DNA from: Actinomycetes bacterium
GTDB taxonomy: Bacteria; Actinomycetota; Acidimicrobiia; Acidimicrobiales; Acidimicrobiaceae
DNA: 64,000 nucleotides
Direction: 5' to 3'
Assembly (NCBI GenBank): GCA_021786375.1
Contig: JAJYNL010000084.1
Span: 2,022 to 66,021 of the forward strand
Part shown: positions 7,754-17,967 of the stretch, one piece after another
How positions within the stretch are numbered: the first letter of the stretch is position 1
Layout of the letters: every line of letters begins with the position of its first letter
Notes under the pieces: generated by a model
The model's database searches: none
What the model saw: only the letters and a program-made list of their open reading frames with translations
Told to the model about the DNA's origin: nothing
Position numbers and translations under genes: made by a program

Positions 7754-8698
7754 TCACCCTGCATGGACTCCTGTCGCCAGCAGGGCGATGACTCCGATGC
7801 CTACGGCGAATCCCGCTAGGAGCCGCTTGGTACCCAGTTTCTCTCCCAGGAACAGGCGTCCGATTGCCACTGCAGCAAGGACGCTGGTTTCCCGCAGCGC
7901 GGAGACCATGGCCAGGGGCGCCCTTTGCTGGGCCCAAAGCACCGCTGCGTAGGCCCCCCAGGAAATTACCCCGGCCAGCGCCCCTTGCACTGTTCCGGAG
8001 CCGGTCAAAGGTCTGCCCGCCCTTAGCTGTGGGAGCGCTATGGCCGGTGCAACCAGCAACCCTTCCAGCGTGAAGAGCAAGGCCGCGTAGGCAAGGGGTG
8101 AGCCGGATCGCCGTACTCCCAGCCCATCCAGCAGGCTGTAGCAGGCGATTGCCAGACCGGTCGCACCTGCAAGCATGACCGCAGCGCGGTTGCGCGAATC
8201 TCCGAGGCGGCGCAACTCTGCCAGGCCCGCCAGGCCAACGCCTGTCAGGGCCACCGCGGCGAGTTGTGGTGGGGAGAGTGTCTCACCCGCGAAGGCGATT
8301 GCCCCGATTGCCACTAGCACCGGCGCCACGCCTCGTGCCAGAGGATAGATCTGGCTCAAATCGCCAAAGCGGTAGGAGTTGAGCAGTGACAGGTTGTAGA
8401 CGAGGTGGACTGTCACCGAGGCGATCAAGAAAGGTATCGCGGCCCTTGCGGGCAGCCCAAAGGCAAGTATTCCCGCCAGCCCGAGCGCTCCTACTGCAAG
8501 GTTGAGCCAAAGGAAGGCCACGTGCTGGTCGGGACTCCGCTTGGCGAGGGCGTTCCAAGCGGCGTGTGCTACGGCAGCGCCCAGAACCACGGCAGCGGTG
8601 GCCGCTCCCATCCCGGAGAGTCCCGGGTTGGCGACAAGCAGGATCAACGCCGACGATACTAGTCCGGGCGCGCCGAGCACGCCGGGACTCGATTCCAT
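7754..8698 (-). CDS. EamA/DMT family transporter
   Basis: A ten-helix drug/metabolite-transporter pattern is present, with a C-terminal ...LGEKLGTKRLLAGFAVGIGVIAL motif typical of EamA repeats. Confidence 0.8.
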   Translation of the reverse strand: MESSPGVLGAPGLVSSALILLVANPGLSGMGAATAAVVLGAAVAHAAWNALAKRSPDQHVAFLWLNLAVGALGLAGILAFGLPARAAIPFLIASVTVHLVYNLSLLNSYRFGDLSQIYPLARGVAPVLVAIGAIAFAGETLSPPQLAAVALTGVGLAGLAELRRLGDSRNRAAVMLAGATGLAIACYSLLDGLGVRRSGSPLAYAALLFTLEGLLVAPAIALPQLRAGRPLTGSGTVQGALAGVISWGAYAAVLWAQQRAPLAMVSALRETSVLAAVAIGRLFLGEKLGTKRLLAGFAVGIGVIALLATGVHAG

Positions 8699-8730
8699 GT
8701 CCGCCGTTCGCTCCGGCTTAGGATTGTGCC

Positions 8731-9654
8731 ATGTCTCGCGGCCGTTTCGGGGCGCAGTTGCGCCATCCCGTCCTTTGGGTCGTGGTCGCCGCCATTCTGT
8801 GGGGCTTTTCCGCTCTCGCCGCCGAGGAGCTCTTTCGCAACCACGGTGTGGCCGCCCTATGGCTGGTGGCCGCCAGAGTCATCGGCACTGCCGTCCTGCT
8901 GGCGCTGTTCGTCGGGCCGGCGCGAACCCGGCGGGCGCTGGGCCGGCTCACCGCCCGGCGAGGCGAGGCGGTGCGCATTGCCCTTTTCGGGGTGGTCGCA
9001 CTGGATGGCGTTCAGCTGACTTTCTTTCTGGCGGTGCAGCATGGGAACGCCATAACCGCCACCCTGCTGCAGTTCACGAGCCCGCTCTTTATCCTGGCTC
9101 TCGTCTCCTTCACTAGCCGCCGAGCCCCGGCAGCCACCCTCGCTGTGACCGTCGTCGCCGCCGTCGCCGGAGTGATCCTGGTTGTCACCGGAGGGACATT
9201 CACGCAGCTGCACATTCCTCTGGCCGGACTGGCCTGGGGGGTGCTTTGCGCACTTTTCACGGCTGCCTACAATCTCGCGCCTGGGCCGATGCTGGCCCGG
9301 CACGACCCCAACCTGGTAGTGGCCGGGGCCTTTCTGGCCGGGGGAGCGGTTCTCCTGCCCTCCCTCGTCACTGCGGCACCGCGTCACATGGACGCCAGTG
9401 GCATCGCCTTGGTGGCCTTTGTCGTGGTGGGGGGCACGGCGGTACCCTTCCTGCTTTACCTCTCCGCGCTCTCGCGGGTGGACGCCCTGTCCGCGAATGT
9501 GGTCGGGACGCTGGAGCCACTGGCAGCCGCGGCAGGATCGGTAGCCCTGCTGGGCACTCGGATCACCTGGGCGCTCGGCCTGGGAGTGGTGCTGGTGCTT
9601 GGCGCCATAACCGCGGTTTCGGTTAGCCGCGCACGGGAGCGGGCCGCGAGCTAG
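8731..9654 (+). CDS. EamA/DMT family transporter
   Basis: Two EamA-like repeats are present (ILWGFSALAAEELF..., TLEPLAAAAGSVALLGTRITWALGLGVVLVLGAI). The gene is divergent from the other EamA gene. Confidence 0.8.
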   Translation: MSRGRFGAQLRHPVLWVVVAAILWGFSALAAEELFRNHGVAALWLVAARVIGTAVLLALFVGPARTRRALGRLTARRGEAVRIALFGVVALDGVQLTFFLAVQHGNAITATLLQFTSPLFILALVSFTSRRAPAATLAVTVVAAVAGVILVVTGGTFTQLHIPLAGLAWGVLCALFTAAYNLAPGPMLARHDPNLVVAGAFLAGGAVLLPSLVTAAPRHMDASGIALVAFVVVGGTAVPFLLYLSALSRVDALSANVVGTLEPLAAAAGSVALLGTRITWALGLGVVLVLGAITAVSVSRARERAAS

Positions 9655-10514
9655 TCCTTCTTGGCAAAGCCTACGATCGCCAGCCCCAGAAAGACGACCA
9701 GGAAAGCCAGGACGATGACTATCTCCAGAAACATGGGAACCGTGTAGCTGAAGATTGTGACACCGGTGGCGAAGCGCGCCGCAGCCGCGGTGGGCATGTC
9801 CTGGGCCGCGAATACCACGTGCCGGAGCGGGTCGACCGCGTAGGTGAGTGGATTGATGCGGGTTATGACGGCCAGCCATCCCGGTATACCGTTCAAAGGG
9901 AAGAGCGCTCCGGAGAGGAAGATCATCGGGAATAGCACCAGCTGCATCACCACCTGGAACCCTTCCATCCGTTGTATGCGGCTGGCGACAAAGACGCCGA
10001 AGGCGGTGAGGGCCGAGGCCATCAGCATCTCGAGCCCGATTACCTCCAGCACCAGCAGCGGTGTCAGGTGCACGCCTATGAGTGGCGCCAGGGCCAGCAT
10101 GATCGTGCCCTGAACCGTCGCCACCGAGGCCCCGCCGAGGGTCTTCCCGATCACCAGTGCCCCCCGGCTGACCGGGGCGACAAGCATCTCGCGCAGGAAG
10201 CCGAATTCACGGTCCCACACGATGGAGATGGCGGAGAAGATTGCGGTCGTGACCACTGTCATTGCAACGATGCCGGGGAAGACGAACTTCTTGAAGTCGA
10301 AGCCTCCGGTGGTGCCGACCAGACTTGCCATCCCGTATCCCAGCACGAAGAGGAAGAGGATCGGCTGGACGAAGCTGGTCAGGATGCGAGTGCGCGTCCT
10401 CGTGAAGCGGATCAGCTCCCGGCGCCAGACCATGCCGATGGTGCGCAGGTCGCTGGTCGCGGCCAGGTGATGCTGGGGTTGGGCCTGAGTGACATTTGTC
10501 TTTGTGGCGCTCAT
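9651..10514 (-). CDS. ABC-2 type exporter permease (DrrB-like)
   Basis: RELIRFTRTRTRILTSFVQPILFLFVLGYG... is an ABC-2 signature region, with 6 TM segments. An AGGAGA SD precedes the ATG. It forms an operon with the ATPase upstream. Confidence 0.85.
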   Translation of the reverse strand: MSATKTNVTQAQPQHHLAATSDLRTIGMVWRRELIRFTRTRTRILTSFVQPILFLFVLGYGMASLVGTTGGFDFKKFVFPGIVAMTVVTTAIFSAISIVWDREFGFLREMLVAPVSRGALVIGKTLGGASVATVQGTIMLALAPLIGVHLTPLLVLEVIGLEMLMASALTAFGVFVASRIQRMEGFQVVMQLVLFPMIFLSGALFPLNGIPGWLAVITRINPLTYAVDPLRHVVFAAQDMPTAAAARFATGVTIFSYTVPMFLEIVIVLAFLVVFLGLAIVGFAKKD

Positions 10515-10522
10515 ACGATCTC

Positions 10523-11539
10523 CTAACGCCGCCTGGCGAAGTGCATGAAATGTGGAGGTATGGGCCCGCCGCCCTGGCCCTCGCGGATCTGCCGGCCCGT
10601 GTAGTGGAGGAAGACGTCCTCCAAGGTGGGCCGGTGCACTTTGACGGTGCGTATGGGGGTCCCGGCCGCGGCGATGATCGAGGCCACCTGTGCCTCGCCG
10701 TTCTCGACGAAGGCCACGACCTCGTCGTCCCCTCGCTTGACGTTGAAGCCCGCCTCGGCAAGGTTCTTGGCGGCGAGGTCGTCATCGCCGGTGGCGAGTT
10801 CGACCGTGTCGGCTCCGATCGTTCTCTTCAGCGCTTCGGAGGTGTCGAGCGCGACGATCCTCCCCTGGTCGATGATGGCAATCCGGTCCGCGTACTCGGC
10901 CTCTTCCATGTAATGGGTGGTGAGGAAGATGGTCACTCCCTCCTCCTTGCGCAGCCGTAGGACGTCCTCCCACATCAAAGCCCGTGTCTGCGGGTCAAGT
11001 CCGATGGTCGGCTCATCCAGGAAGAGGACCGCCGGGGTGTGCAGCATTCCCCGGGCGATCTCGAGTCGGCGCGCCATTCCGCCTGAGAATGTGGAGACCA
11101 GGTCGCTTCGACGCTCGCTCAACTGGACCATGCGCAGCGCGCGGTCGATACGCGCATTCACCTCTGCCTTGGCCACCCCGTAGAGGACTGCGTGAAAGCG
11201 GAGGTTCTCCTCCGCGGTCAGCTGCTGGTCCAGCGTCTGCTCCTGGAAGACCAGCCCGATGCGCTGGCGTACTTCGCGCGGACGTGCGGAGACGTCGTAG
11301 CCGTCGATCAGCGCGCGTCCCCCCGTGGGCTGGGTCAATGTGCAAAGCATGCGGATTGTGGTGGTTTTGCCCGCGCCGTTGGGGCCAAGAAAGGCGAACA
11401 CCTCTCCGTGTTCCACCGTGAAGGAGACTTCCTTTACGGCTTCCACCTCGCCGTAGCGCTTGGAGAGTTTGTCCACCTCCACGGCGTACGTGCCTTCGTG
11501 CATGGCGGTCAGCCCGGCGCCACGCTCTGGCTCGATCAT
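10523..11539 (-). CDS. ABC transporter ATP-binding protein (DrrA/daunorubicin-resistance-like)
   Basis: Walker A is GPNGAGKTT, the signature is FSGGMARRLEIARG, and Walker B is LFLDEPTIGLD. A strong GGAGGTGA SD lies before the ATG at 11539. Confidence 0.9.
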   Translation of the reverse strand: MIEPERGAGLTAMHEGTYAVEVDKLSKRYGEVEAVKEVSFTVEHGEVFAFLGPNGAGKTTTIRMLCTLTQPTGGRALIDGYDVSARPREVRQRIGLVFQEQTLDQQLTAEENLRFHAVLYGVAKAEVNARIDRALRMVQLSERRSDLVSTFSGGMARRLEIARGMLHTPAVLFLDEPTIGLDPQTRALMWEDVLRLRKEEGVTIFLTTHYMEEAEYADRIAIIDQGRIVALDTSEALKRTIGADTVELATGDDDLAAKNLAEAGFNVKRGDDEVVAFVENGEAQVASIIAAAGTPIRTVKVHRPTLEDVFLHYTGRQIREGQGGGPIPPHFMHFARRR

Positions 11540-11665
11540 TTCACCTCCAGGGCAAAGCCTCGCGGGGCTTCCGGGGGCCTTTATGGCGTGATCGTATCAC
11601 CGAGCTGCCAGGAGCGCCATCTCCGGGTCAAGCGCAAGCCTCTTGGCGGTGGCGTGAAACCCGGC

Positions 11666-12835
11666 TCAGGAAACCGGTCCGTGCAACCATCTCCGGATCT
11701 CCTCGGAATGCTCGCCCAGTTTGGGAGGAGCCAGCCGGTAGGTGGGGGAGGTGCCGCTAAGTCCGATGGGGTTGCGCATGGTGCCGAGCTCGCCACCGTC
11801 GAAGGGAAGGCGTACCACCGGATCCAGGCCCAGCTGCTCGGCGAAGGCGACACCTTGGTCGATGGTGTTGATCGGTCCGCAGGGGACGCCTTCGCCGAGC
11901 AGATCTTCGAACCACTCCGCCTTGGTGCGCAGCTTTAGGCGCTCGACCAGGAGCGGGCGGAGCACGTCACTGTGGCGGGTCCGGTCCTGATTGTGCGCAA
12001 AGCGCGGGTCGTCTGCCAATTCGGGGGCGCCGATGACCTCGCAGAAGCGCCGGAACTGGCCATCGTTCCCCACTGCGACCACGATCTCGCCGTCGGAGGT
12101 CGCCAGGGGTTCGTACGGATAGACGCTGGGGTGGGCGTTCCCAGCGCGGAACGGTACAACCCCACCGGCAAGATAGGCGCTGGTCTGATTCGCCATTCCC
12201 GACAGGGCGGTGGAGAGCAGGTTCACTTCGATGTGCTGGCCAGGAGCACCTTTGGAGCGGGCGACGAGGGCAGAAACCACGCCGATCGCGGTATGGAGTC
12301 CTGCGATCACGTCGAACACCGCCACGCCGGCTTTGTAGGGCTCCCCGTCAGGGTCTCCTGTCAGGCTCATGAAGCCGCTAATGGCTTCGGCCATGAGGTC
12401 GTAGCCGGGAATCGATGCCCCCTTGCCCGAGCCGAAGCCGGTAATTGACGCGTACACCAGACCAGGATTGAGCGCTATCGCCGAGTCGTAATCCAGGTCG
12501 AACTTGGCCAGAGAGCCCGGTTTGAAGTTCTCCACCATCACATCTGCGCGCCGCACCAGCTCATGTGCGAGCTTGCGATCCTCCGCGGAGGCCAGGTCCA
12601 GCACAACTGAGCGTTTGTTCCGGTTGACCCCCAGGTAGTAGGTGGAGATCCCGTCCCGTACCGGTGGCTTCCAGTTGCGGGTGTCGTCACCACCTGGGCT
12701 CTCGACCTTGATTATGTCGGCGCCCAGATCACCAAGCAGCATGGTGCAATAGGGACCTGCTAGCACTCGGCTGAAGTCCGCGACGACCACTCCATCCAGA
12801 GGGCCGCGTCCACCGCCGGCTGGTTCGCCCGACAT
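11666..12835 (-). CDS. CaiB/BaiF family (class III) CoA-transferase
   Basis: GPLDGVVVADFSRVLAGPYCTMLLGDLGADIIKVESPGGDDTR... is the canonical family III CoA-transferase N-terminus. Confidence 0.9.
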   Translation of the reverse strand: MSGEPAGGGRGPLDGVVVADFSRVLAGPYCTMLLGDLGADIIKVESPGGDDTRNWKPPVRDGISTYYLGVNRNKRSVVLDLASAEDRKLAHELVRRADVMVENFKPGSLAKFDLDYDSAIALNPGLVYASITGFGSGKGASIPGYDLMAEAISGFMSLTGDPDGEPYKAGVAVFDVIAGLHTAIGVVSALVARSKGAPGQHIEVNLLSTALSGMANQTSAYLAGGVVPFRAGNAHPSVYPYEPLATSDGEIVVAVGNDGQFRRFCEVIGAPELADDPRFAHNQDRTRHSDVLRPLLVERLKLRTKAEWFEDLLGEGVPCGPINTIDQGVAFAEQLGLDPVVRLPFDGGELGTMRNPIGLSGTSPTYRLAPPKLGEHSEEIRRWLHGPVS

Positions 12836-12977
12836 CAAGCCACCTCTCTTCCGGTTTCGGCTCGGCCGCGGCCGCAGGTTGGGGGGCCGCGGGCGAATTG
12901 AAGGTTAGTCGATCGAGGCGGAACAGCCCAGGCCGCGCCCGGATTGGGGTGACAAGTAACAAGCAAAGCAGAATACG

Positions 12978-13889
12978 GTGCGTGTAATTTGGTTGGCGGA
13001 GAGCGTTTGGGAGGGGCACCCGGCTTTGGAGCTGGATCTGGATGATGTGGAAGATTACTTGCGTGCGCGTGCGCGCCTGGCGCCGTCGACCCGGACGACG
13101 TATCGCTCCGACCTGGTCGCCTTCGTGAACTTCGTTCGCGCTGCTGAACTCGACGCCCTTGACCCTGCTGTGCTGAAGCGCTACTTTGCCACCTTGCGCC
13201 GCGACGGGCTGGCCCAGCGCACACTGTTGCGCAAGGCGAGCGTGGTGCGCGGCTTCACCTCACATCTCTGCCGCGTCTACGGTGTTGCCGCTGCACCGCG
13301 CATAAAGGTCGGCAAAGCGCCCCGCGGCCTGCCCAAGCCGGTACCCGAACGCGTGGTGGCCCGCCTCCTGGACGGCCTGGGCGAGCAGGCTTTGGCCTCG
13401 CACGATTCCTATGCGCTTAGGGACCTGGTGATGTTCGAGCTCGTCTATGGCTCCGGCCTGAGGGTGTCGGAGCTTTGCGGCCTTGCCCGCGCTGACGTCG
13501 ATCTCAAGGGCGGGTTCGTGCGTGTACTGGGCAAAGGGGCCAAAGAGCGCTTCGTGCCCATCTCCGCGCCAGCCTCGCATGCACTGATGTGCTACCTTTC
13601 CGAGGGGCACGGTGGAAGCGGCAGGCTCTTCCTCAACCGCCGCGCTAATCCCATTACCCCCAGAGATGTTCGCCGAGCGCTGCAGAGGAGGGCCCCCTTC
13701 GCAATATCGCCCCACCAGCTGCGACACTCGTTCGCCACCGATCTGCTCACTCATGGGGCGGATCTGCGCTCCGTTCAAGAGCTGCTCGGTCATTCGAGCG
13801 TCGCGACCACACAAATCTATACGAAGGTGTCACTTGAGTTGCTTAAAGACGTTCACAAGCAGACTCATCCCCATGGGACCGAAGGTTAG
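12978..13889 (+). CDS. xerC: tyrosine recombinase XerC
   Basis: The catalytic set is present: RVSELCGL, GKGAKERFVPI, HQLRHSFATDLL, LLGHSSVATTQIYTKV. Its position upstream of whiG-rpsB matches actinobacterial xerC. The start is uncertain (GTG 12978). Confidence 0.8.
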   Translation: MRVIWLAESVWEGHPALELDLDDVEDYLRARARLAPSTRTTYRSDLVAFVNFVRAAELDALDPAVLKRYFATLRRDGLAQRTLLRKASVVRGFTSHLCRVYGVAAAPRIKVGKAPRGLPKPVPERVVARLLDGLGEQALASHDSYALRDLVMFELVYGSGLRVSELCGLARADVDLKGGFVRVLGKGAKERFVPISAPASHALMCYLSEGHGGSGRLFLNRRANPITPRDVRRALQRRAPFAISPHQLRHSFATDLLTHGADLRSVQELLGHSSVATTQIYTKVSLELLKDVHKQTHPHGTEG

Positions 13890-13900
13890 GATACTTTTCT

Positions 13901-14674
13901 GTGGATTCTGAGCCTGTCGACCAGGTCTCCCTCTTGTGGGACGCTTACAAACAGAGCCACGACCCCGAGCTGCGCGACCAGCTGATCGTGCATTACTCGC
14001 CGCTGGTCAAATATGTGGCCAGCCGCGTGGCGAGTGGCCTGCCGGGCAACGTCGATTCTCGGGATCTCGGTTCCTATGGAATCTTCGGCCTCATCGACGC
14101 AATCGAGAAGTACGAGCCCACCCGGGCCAACAAGTTCGAGACCTACGCGATAGCTCGGATCCGGGGGGCGATAATCGATGAGCTTCGCGCCATCGACTGG
14201 GTCCCCAGATCGGTTCGCGCCAAGGCACGGATGGTGGAAAAAGCCATCGCGAAGTTGGAGGCGAAGCTAATGCGCAGCCCTACCGACGAGGAGATAGCTG
14301 CCGAGCTGAACTTGTCGGCCAAGGACCTCGGAAACATCCTGACCGAGACCCGCCGTCTGGGCGTGGCGGCGCTTGACGAGATCATGTCCGGCGCCGATCG
14401 CTCCGAAGCTCCCACCCTGGGAGACACCATCGCCGACAAGGGCACCGGCCCGGTGATGACCTTCGAGAACGAGGAGACCAAGCAGCTGCTTGCGCTGGCC
14501 ATGAATCGTTTGGCGGACCGCGAGAAGATGGTGCTGGCGCTGTACTACTACGAGGGCTTCACACTTGCCGAGATCGGGCAGGTCCTGGGGGTTACCGAGT
14601 CGCGCGTTTGCCAGATCCACACCAAAGCGGTCATGCAGCTGCGCCTGCGTCTCAGGGATCTCGACCAGGCCTGA
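13901..14674 (+). CDS. whiG: FliA/WhiG family RNA polymerase sigma factor
   Basis: Region 2 is LIVHYSPLVKYVASRV...YGIFGLIDAIEKYEP. Region 4.2 is FTLAEIGQVLGVTESRVCQIHTKAV. Confidence 0.85.
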   Translation: MDSEPVDQVSLLWDAYKQSHDPELRDQLIVHYSPLVKYVASRVASGLPGNVDSRDLGSYGIFGLIDAIEKYEPTRANKFETYAIARIRGAIIDELRAIDWVPRSVRAKARMVEKAIAKLEAKLMRSPTDEEIAAELNLSAKDLGNILTETRRLGVAALDEIMSGADRSEAPTLGDTIADKGTGPVMTFENEETKQLLALAMNRLADREKMVLALYYYEGFTLAEIGQVLGVTESRVCQIHTKAVMQLRLRLRDLDQA

Positions 14675-14810
14675 AGCCAGCCCGCCCGCCTCGGCCGCCG
14701 TACGCCTAGGGCGTCGGTAAGCTTGTCTGCGACCATTTCACGTCCAGAAGCGCCCCAACGGTCGCACAGTCGTGCGCGAGCTCTTGGACAGAATAACCGT
14801 GGGAGGATAA

Positions 14811-15689
14811 ATGAGTCAGGGCCCTGTTGTCACCATGCGCCAGCTTCTCGAAGCAGGCGTGCATTTCGGCCATCAGACGCGCCGTTGGAACCCGAAGATG
14901 AAGCGCTTCATCTACGGGGAGCAGAATGGCATCTACGTCATCGACCTGCACCAGACGCTTAGCCGGATCGAGACTGCCTATGTCTTTACCCGCGACCTGG
15001 CCGCGCGCGGTGGAAACGTCCTATTCGTCGGCACCAAAAAGCAGACCAAGGACGCGATCGCGCGTTACGCCGAACTTTGCGGGATGCCTTATGTGAACGA
15101 GCGCTGGCTGGGTGGCATGCTCACCAACTTCACCACCATCTCCGGCCGCGTCAAGAAGATGCAGGAGTACGAGCGCATGAAGGCGGCGGGCGACTTCGAG
15201 GCCATGCCGAAAAAGGAAGCCCTGATCCTCTCGCGCGAGCTCGAGAAGCTCCAGCGCAACCTGGGCGGTCTGCGCTCCCTCGAGCATTTGCCCGATGCCG
15301 TCTTCGTGATCGACACCAAGAAGGAGGCGATCGCGGTCACCGAGGCCAACAAGCTGGGTATCCCGGTTGTGGCTGTGGTAGATACGAACTGCGATCCCGA
15401 CGTCATCCAGTACGTCATCCCCGGTAACGACGACGCCATTCGTTCGGGTGACCTCATGAGCAGGATTATCGCCGAGGCGGTGGTCGAGGGTCGGCGTTCC
15501 CTTCCCGAAGTCGCGCAGATTGCGCCTCAGCAGGTGGACCCGGAGGAGCAGGCCAGGAGGCAGGCCGCCCAAACCGAGGCGCGCCGGCGTGCGGCGGAGG
15601 AGGCCCGTGAGCGCGAGGCCCGGATCGCGGCCCGCTCGCGAAAGGCTCCTGCCGGAGATGTGGCTGACGGCGAGGCCCCCGAGGCCTAG
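14811..15689 (+). CDS. rpsB: 30S ribosomal protein S2
   Basis: [22 protein letters not shown]... is a full-length S2 with an acidic/basic C-terminal tail. A GGGAGGA SD is present. Confidence 0.97.
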   Translation: MSQGPVVTMRQLLEAGVHFGHQTRRWNPKMKRFIYGEQNGIYVIDLHQTLSRIETAYVFTRDLAARGGNVLFVGTKKQTKDAIARYAELCGMPYVNERWLGGMLTNFTTISGRVKKMQEYERMKAAGDFEAMPKKEALILSRELEKLQRNLGGLRSLEHLPDAVFVIDTKKEAIAVTEANKLGIPVVAVVDTNCDPDVIQYVIPGNDDAIRSGDLMSRIIAEAVVEGRRSLPEVAQIAPQQVDPEEQARRQAAQTEARRRAAEEAREREARIAARSRKAPAGDVADGEAPEA

Positions 15690-15818
15690 TGGCTTTACGG
15701 GCGTAAGCCGCCCGGACAGTTGAGTTTCTCCGCCTCACCGGGCGAGTGCGCGGTGGGCGGAGCTGGCGAGCATTGATTTCGGCCCTGTGGCCGGCCAAGA
15801 AGCGAAAAGTGAGGAACC

Positions 15819-16613
15819 ATGGCAGTATCAGCCCAGGATGTGGCCGCGCTCCGCAAGCAAACCGGGGCGGGCATGATGGACGTCAAGCGCGCCCTGGAGG
15901 ATGCCGGCGGCGACATGGAGCGCGCCGCTCAAATCCTGCGCGAGAAGGGCAAAGTGGGAGCAGCCAAGCGTGAGGATCGCGAGAACACCCAGGGAGCGGT
16001 GACCCTTATCGTCGACGACGGGAAGGTCGGCACCATCGTCGAGCTCAAGTGCGAGACCGATTTCGTGGCCAAGTCCGCCGACTTCACCGCCACCCTCGAC
16101 CGGATTGCCACGGCCGTGAGCGAGAAGGGAGCCGAGGCTGCCGGAGCTTTCGAGGAGCAACTGGACGAGCTACGCGTGACCCTCAAGGAGAAGATCGAGG
16201 TGGGCCAAGTGGTCCGCTTCGAGGCCCGCGAGGATTCGATCATCGACGGCTATCTGCACACCCAGTCGGACCGCGGGGTCAACGCGGTGCTGGTCGAGCT
16301 GGTCGGCGGTGACCGCGAGCTCGCCCACAGCGTCGCCGTTCACATCGGCTTCACCAAGCCCCGCTACATCTCCCGGGACGAGGTTCCCGCCGATGATGTC
16401 GCCCGTGAGCGGGAGACGCTGGAGGCGATCTCGCGCAACGAAGGCAAGCCGGATGCGCAGATCCCCAAGATCGTGGAAGGTCGCCTGCGCGCCTTTTACG
16501 AGCAGCTCTGCCTACTGGACCAGGCCTACGTTCGCGACGAGAAGGTCACGATCGAGAAGTTGCTCGGCTCGGCCAAGGTGACCAGGTTCGCCCAGGTCGT
16601 GATCGGCGCCTAG
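15819..16613 (+). CDS. tsf: translation elongation factor Ts
   Basis: VAALRKQTGAGMMDVKRALEDAGGDMERA forms the UBA-like N-terminus. The gene follows rpsB. Confidence 0.97.
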   Translation: MAVSAQDVAALRKQTGAGMMDVKRALEDAGGDMERAAQILREKGKVGAAKREDRENTQGAVTLIVDDGKVGTIVELKCETDFVAKSADFTATLDRIATAVSEKGAEAAGAFEEQLDELRVTLKEKIEVGQVVRFEAREDSIIDGYLHTQSDRGVNAVLVELVGGDRELAHSVAVHIGFTKPRYISRDEVPADDVARERETLEAISRNEGKPDAQIPKIVEGRLRAFYEQLCLLDQAYVRDEKVTIEKLLGSAKVTRFAQVVIGA

Positions 16614-16615
16614 GC

Positions 16616-17359
16616 ATGGCGGACAGTTCCAGGGCCGGCGGCCCGCGCTGGAAGAGGGCCGTACTGAAGCTCTCCGGGGAGGCGCTGGCGAGCACCTCTT
16701 CAGACGAGGTGATCGATGCTGCGGTCTTGGATCAGATTGCGACAGAGGTTGTCGAAGCTGCCCGCGGGCTCGGAGTCGAGCTGGCCATCGTCGTCGGCGG
16801 CGGCAATATTTGGAGGGGTGGCGTCGGCGCGGGCGCCAAGCTCGAGCGCGCCACTTCCGACCACATGGGAATGCTGGGCACCACCATCAATGCGTTGGCG
16901 TTACAGAACGCCATCGAGAAGAAGGGCCAGCCCACCCGGGTCCAGAGCGCAATTCAGATGGCGGAACTGGCTGAACCTTACATCCGGCGCAGGGCCATCC
17001 GTCACCTGGAGAAGGGGCGGGTGGTGATCTTCGCCGCCGGCACCGGTTCGCCCTATTTCACCACCGACACCGCAGCGGCGCTTCGTGCCGCGGAGATCGA
17101 TGCAGAGGTGGTGCTCAAGGGCACCCACTCCGGGGTGGACGGTATTTACAGCGCCGACCCCAAGCTCGATCCCTCTGCCGTCAAGTACGACGCCATAAGC
17201 TTCATGGAGGTCGTGGCGAGAGACCTGCGGGTAATGGATCTTACCGCCGTGACTTTCTGCAAGGACAACGACCTGCCTGTACTGGTCTTCGACATAATGA
17301 CTCCTGGGAACATACTTCGGGCCCTCCGAGGGGAGTTCTTGGGTACGCTTGTTTCGTGA
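16616..17359 (+). CDS. pyrH: UMP kinase
   Basis: KRAVLKLSGEAL..., VVGGGNIWRG and FAAGTGSPYFTTDTAAALRA are present. Confidence 0.97.
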   Translation: MADSSRAGGPRWKRAVLKLSGEALASTSSDEVIDAAVLDQIATEVVEAARGLGVELAIVVGGGNIWRGGVGAGAKLERATSDHMGMLGTTINALALQNAIEKKGQPTRVQSAIQMAELAEPYIRRRAIRHLEKGRVVIFAAGTGSPYFTTDTAAALRAAEIDAEVVLKGTHSGVDGIYSADPKLDPSAVKYDAISFMEVVARDLRVMDLTAVTFCKDNDLPVLVFDIMTPGNILRALRGEFLGTLVS

Positions 17360-17928
17360 TGGACGAGAATTTGGTTGGGTCGGCGCTCTCGGAAGCGCGG
17401 GACAAGATGCACAAGATGGTTCTGCACACGCAGGCCGAGTTTGCCGGGTTCCGGACCGGCAGGGCCTCTTCCGGTCTGATCGAGCGTCTTACCGTCGAGT
17501 ATTACGGCACCGAGGTGCCGCTCATGCAGTTGGCTGGTTTTTCGATTCCCGAGGCCAGGGTGCTGGTGATCACCCCGTATGACAAGGGGGCGCTTGGAGC
17601 GATCGAGCGGGCAATCCAGGCCTCCGACCTGGGTATCAACCCATCCAATGACGGCGTGATAATCCGCCTGGTCTTTCCGTCGCTTACGGAGGAGAGGCGA
17701 AAGGAGCTGGTGAAGCAGGTCCGAGCCCGCGCCGAGGAGGGGCGGGTTGGAGTGCGCAACGCCAGGCGTGCCGTCAGGCACGACCTCGAACAGGCCGAGA
17801 AGCGCCACGAGATCAATCAAGGCCAGCTTGAGCGGGCGGAAAAAGAGCTGGAGAAGCTCACTGCGGACTCGATTGCGGAGATTGACCGCATGCTCGAGGC
17901 CAAAGAGAAGGAGCTGATGGAGGTCTAG
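17359..17928 (+). CDS. frr: ribosome recycling factor
   Basis: FAGFRTGRASSGLIERLTVEYYG... matches Frr. The ATG at 17359 overlaps the pyrH TGA; the GTG at 17356 is an alternative. Confidence 0.95.
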   Translation: MDENLVGSALSEARDKMHKMVLHTQAEFAGFRTGRASSGLIERLTVEYYGTEVPLMQLAGFSIPEARVLVITPYDKGALGAIERAIQASDLGINPSNDGVIIRLVFPSLTEERRKELVKQVRARAEEGRVGVRNARRAVRHDLEQAEKRHEINQGQLERAEKELEKLTADSIAEIDRMLEAKEKELMEV

Positions 17929-17967
17929 TCTCGTTCGCGAGCTGGCTCTCCGCTTGCCAGGGAGGAT

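Noticed and set aside
12978-13889. Tyrosine recombinase as a marker of an integrated mobile element bounding the 13-kb accessory region
   Set aside because: Its position directly upstream of whiG-rpsB matches chromosomal xerC in actinobacteria. I found no adjacent tRNA, att-like direct repeats, excisionase or phage/plasmid genes.
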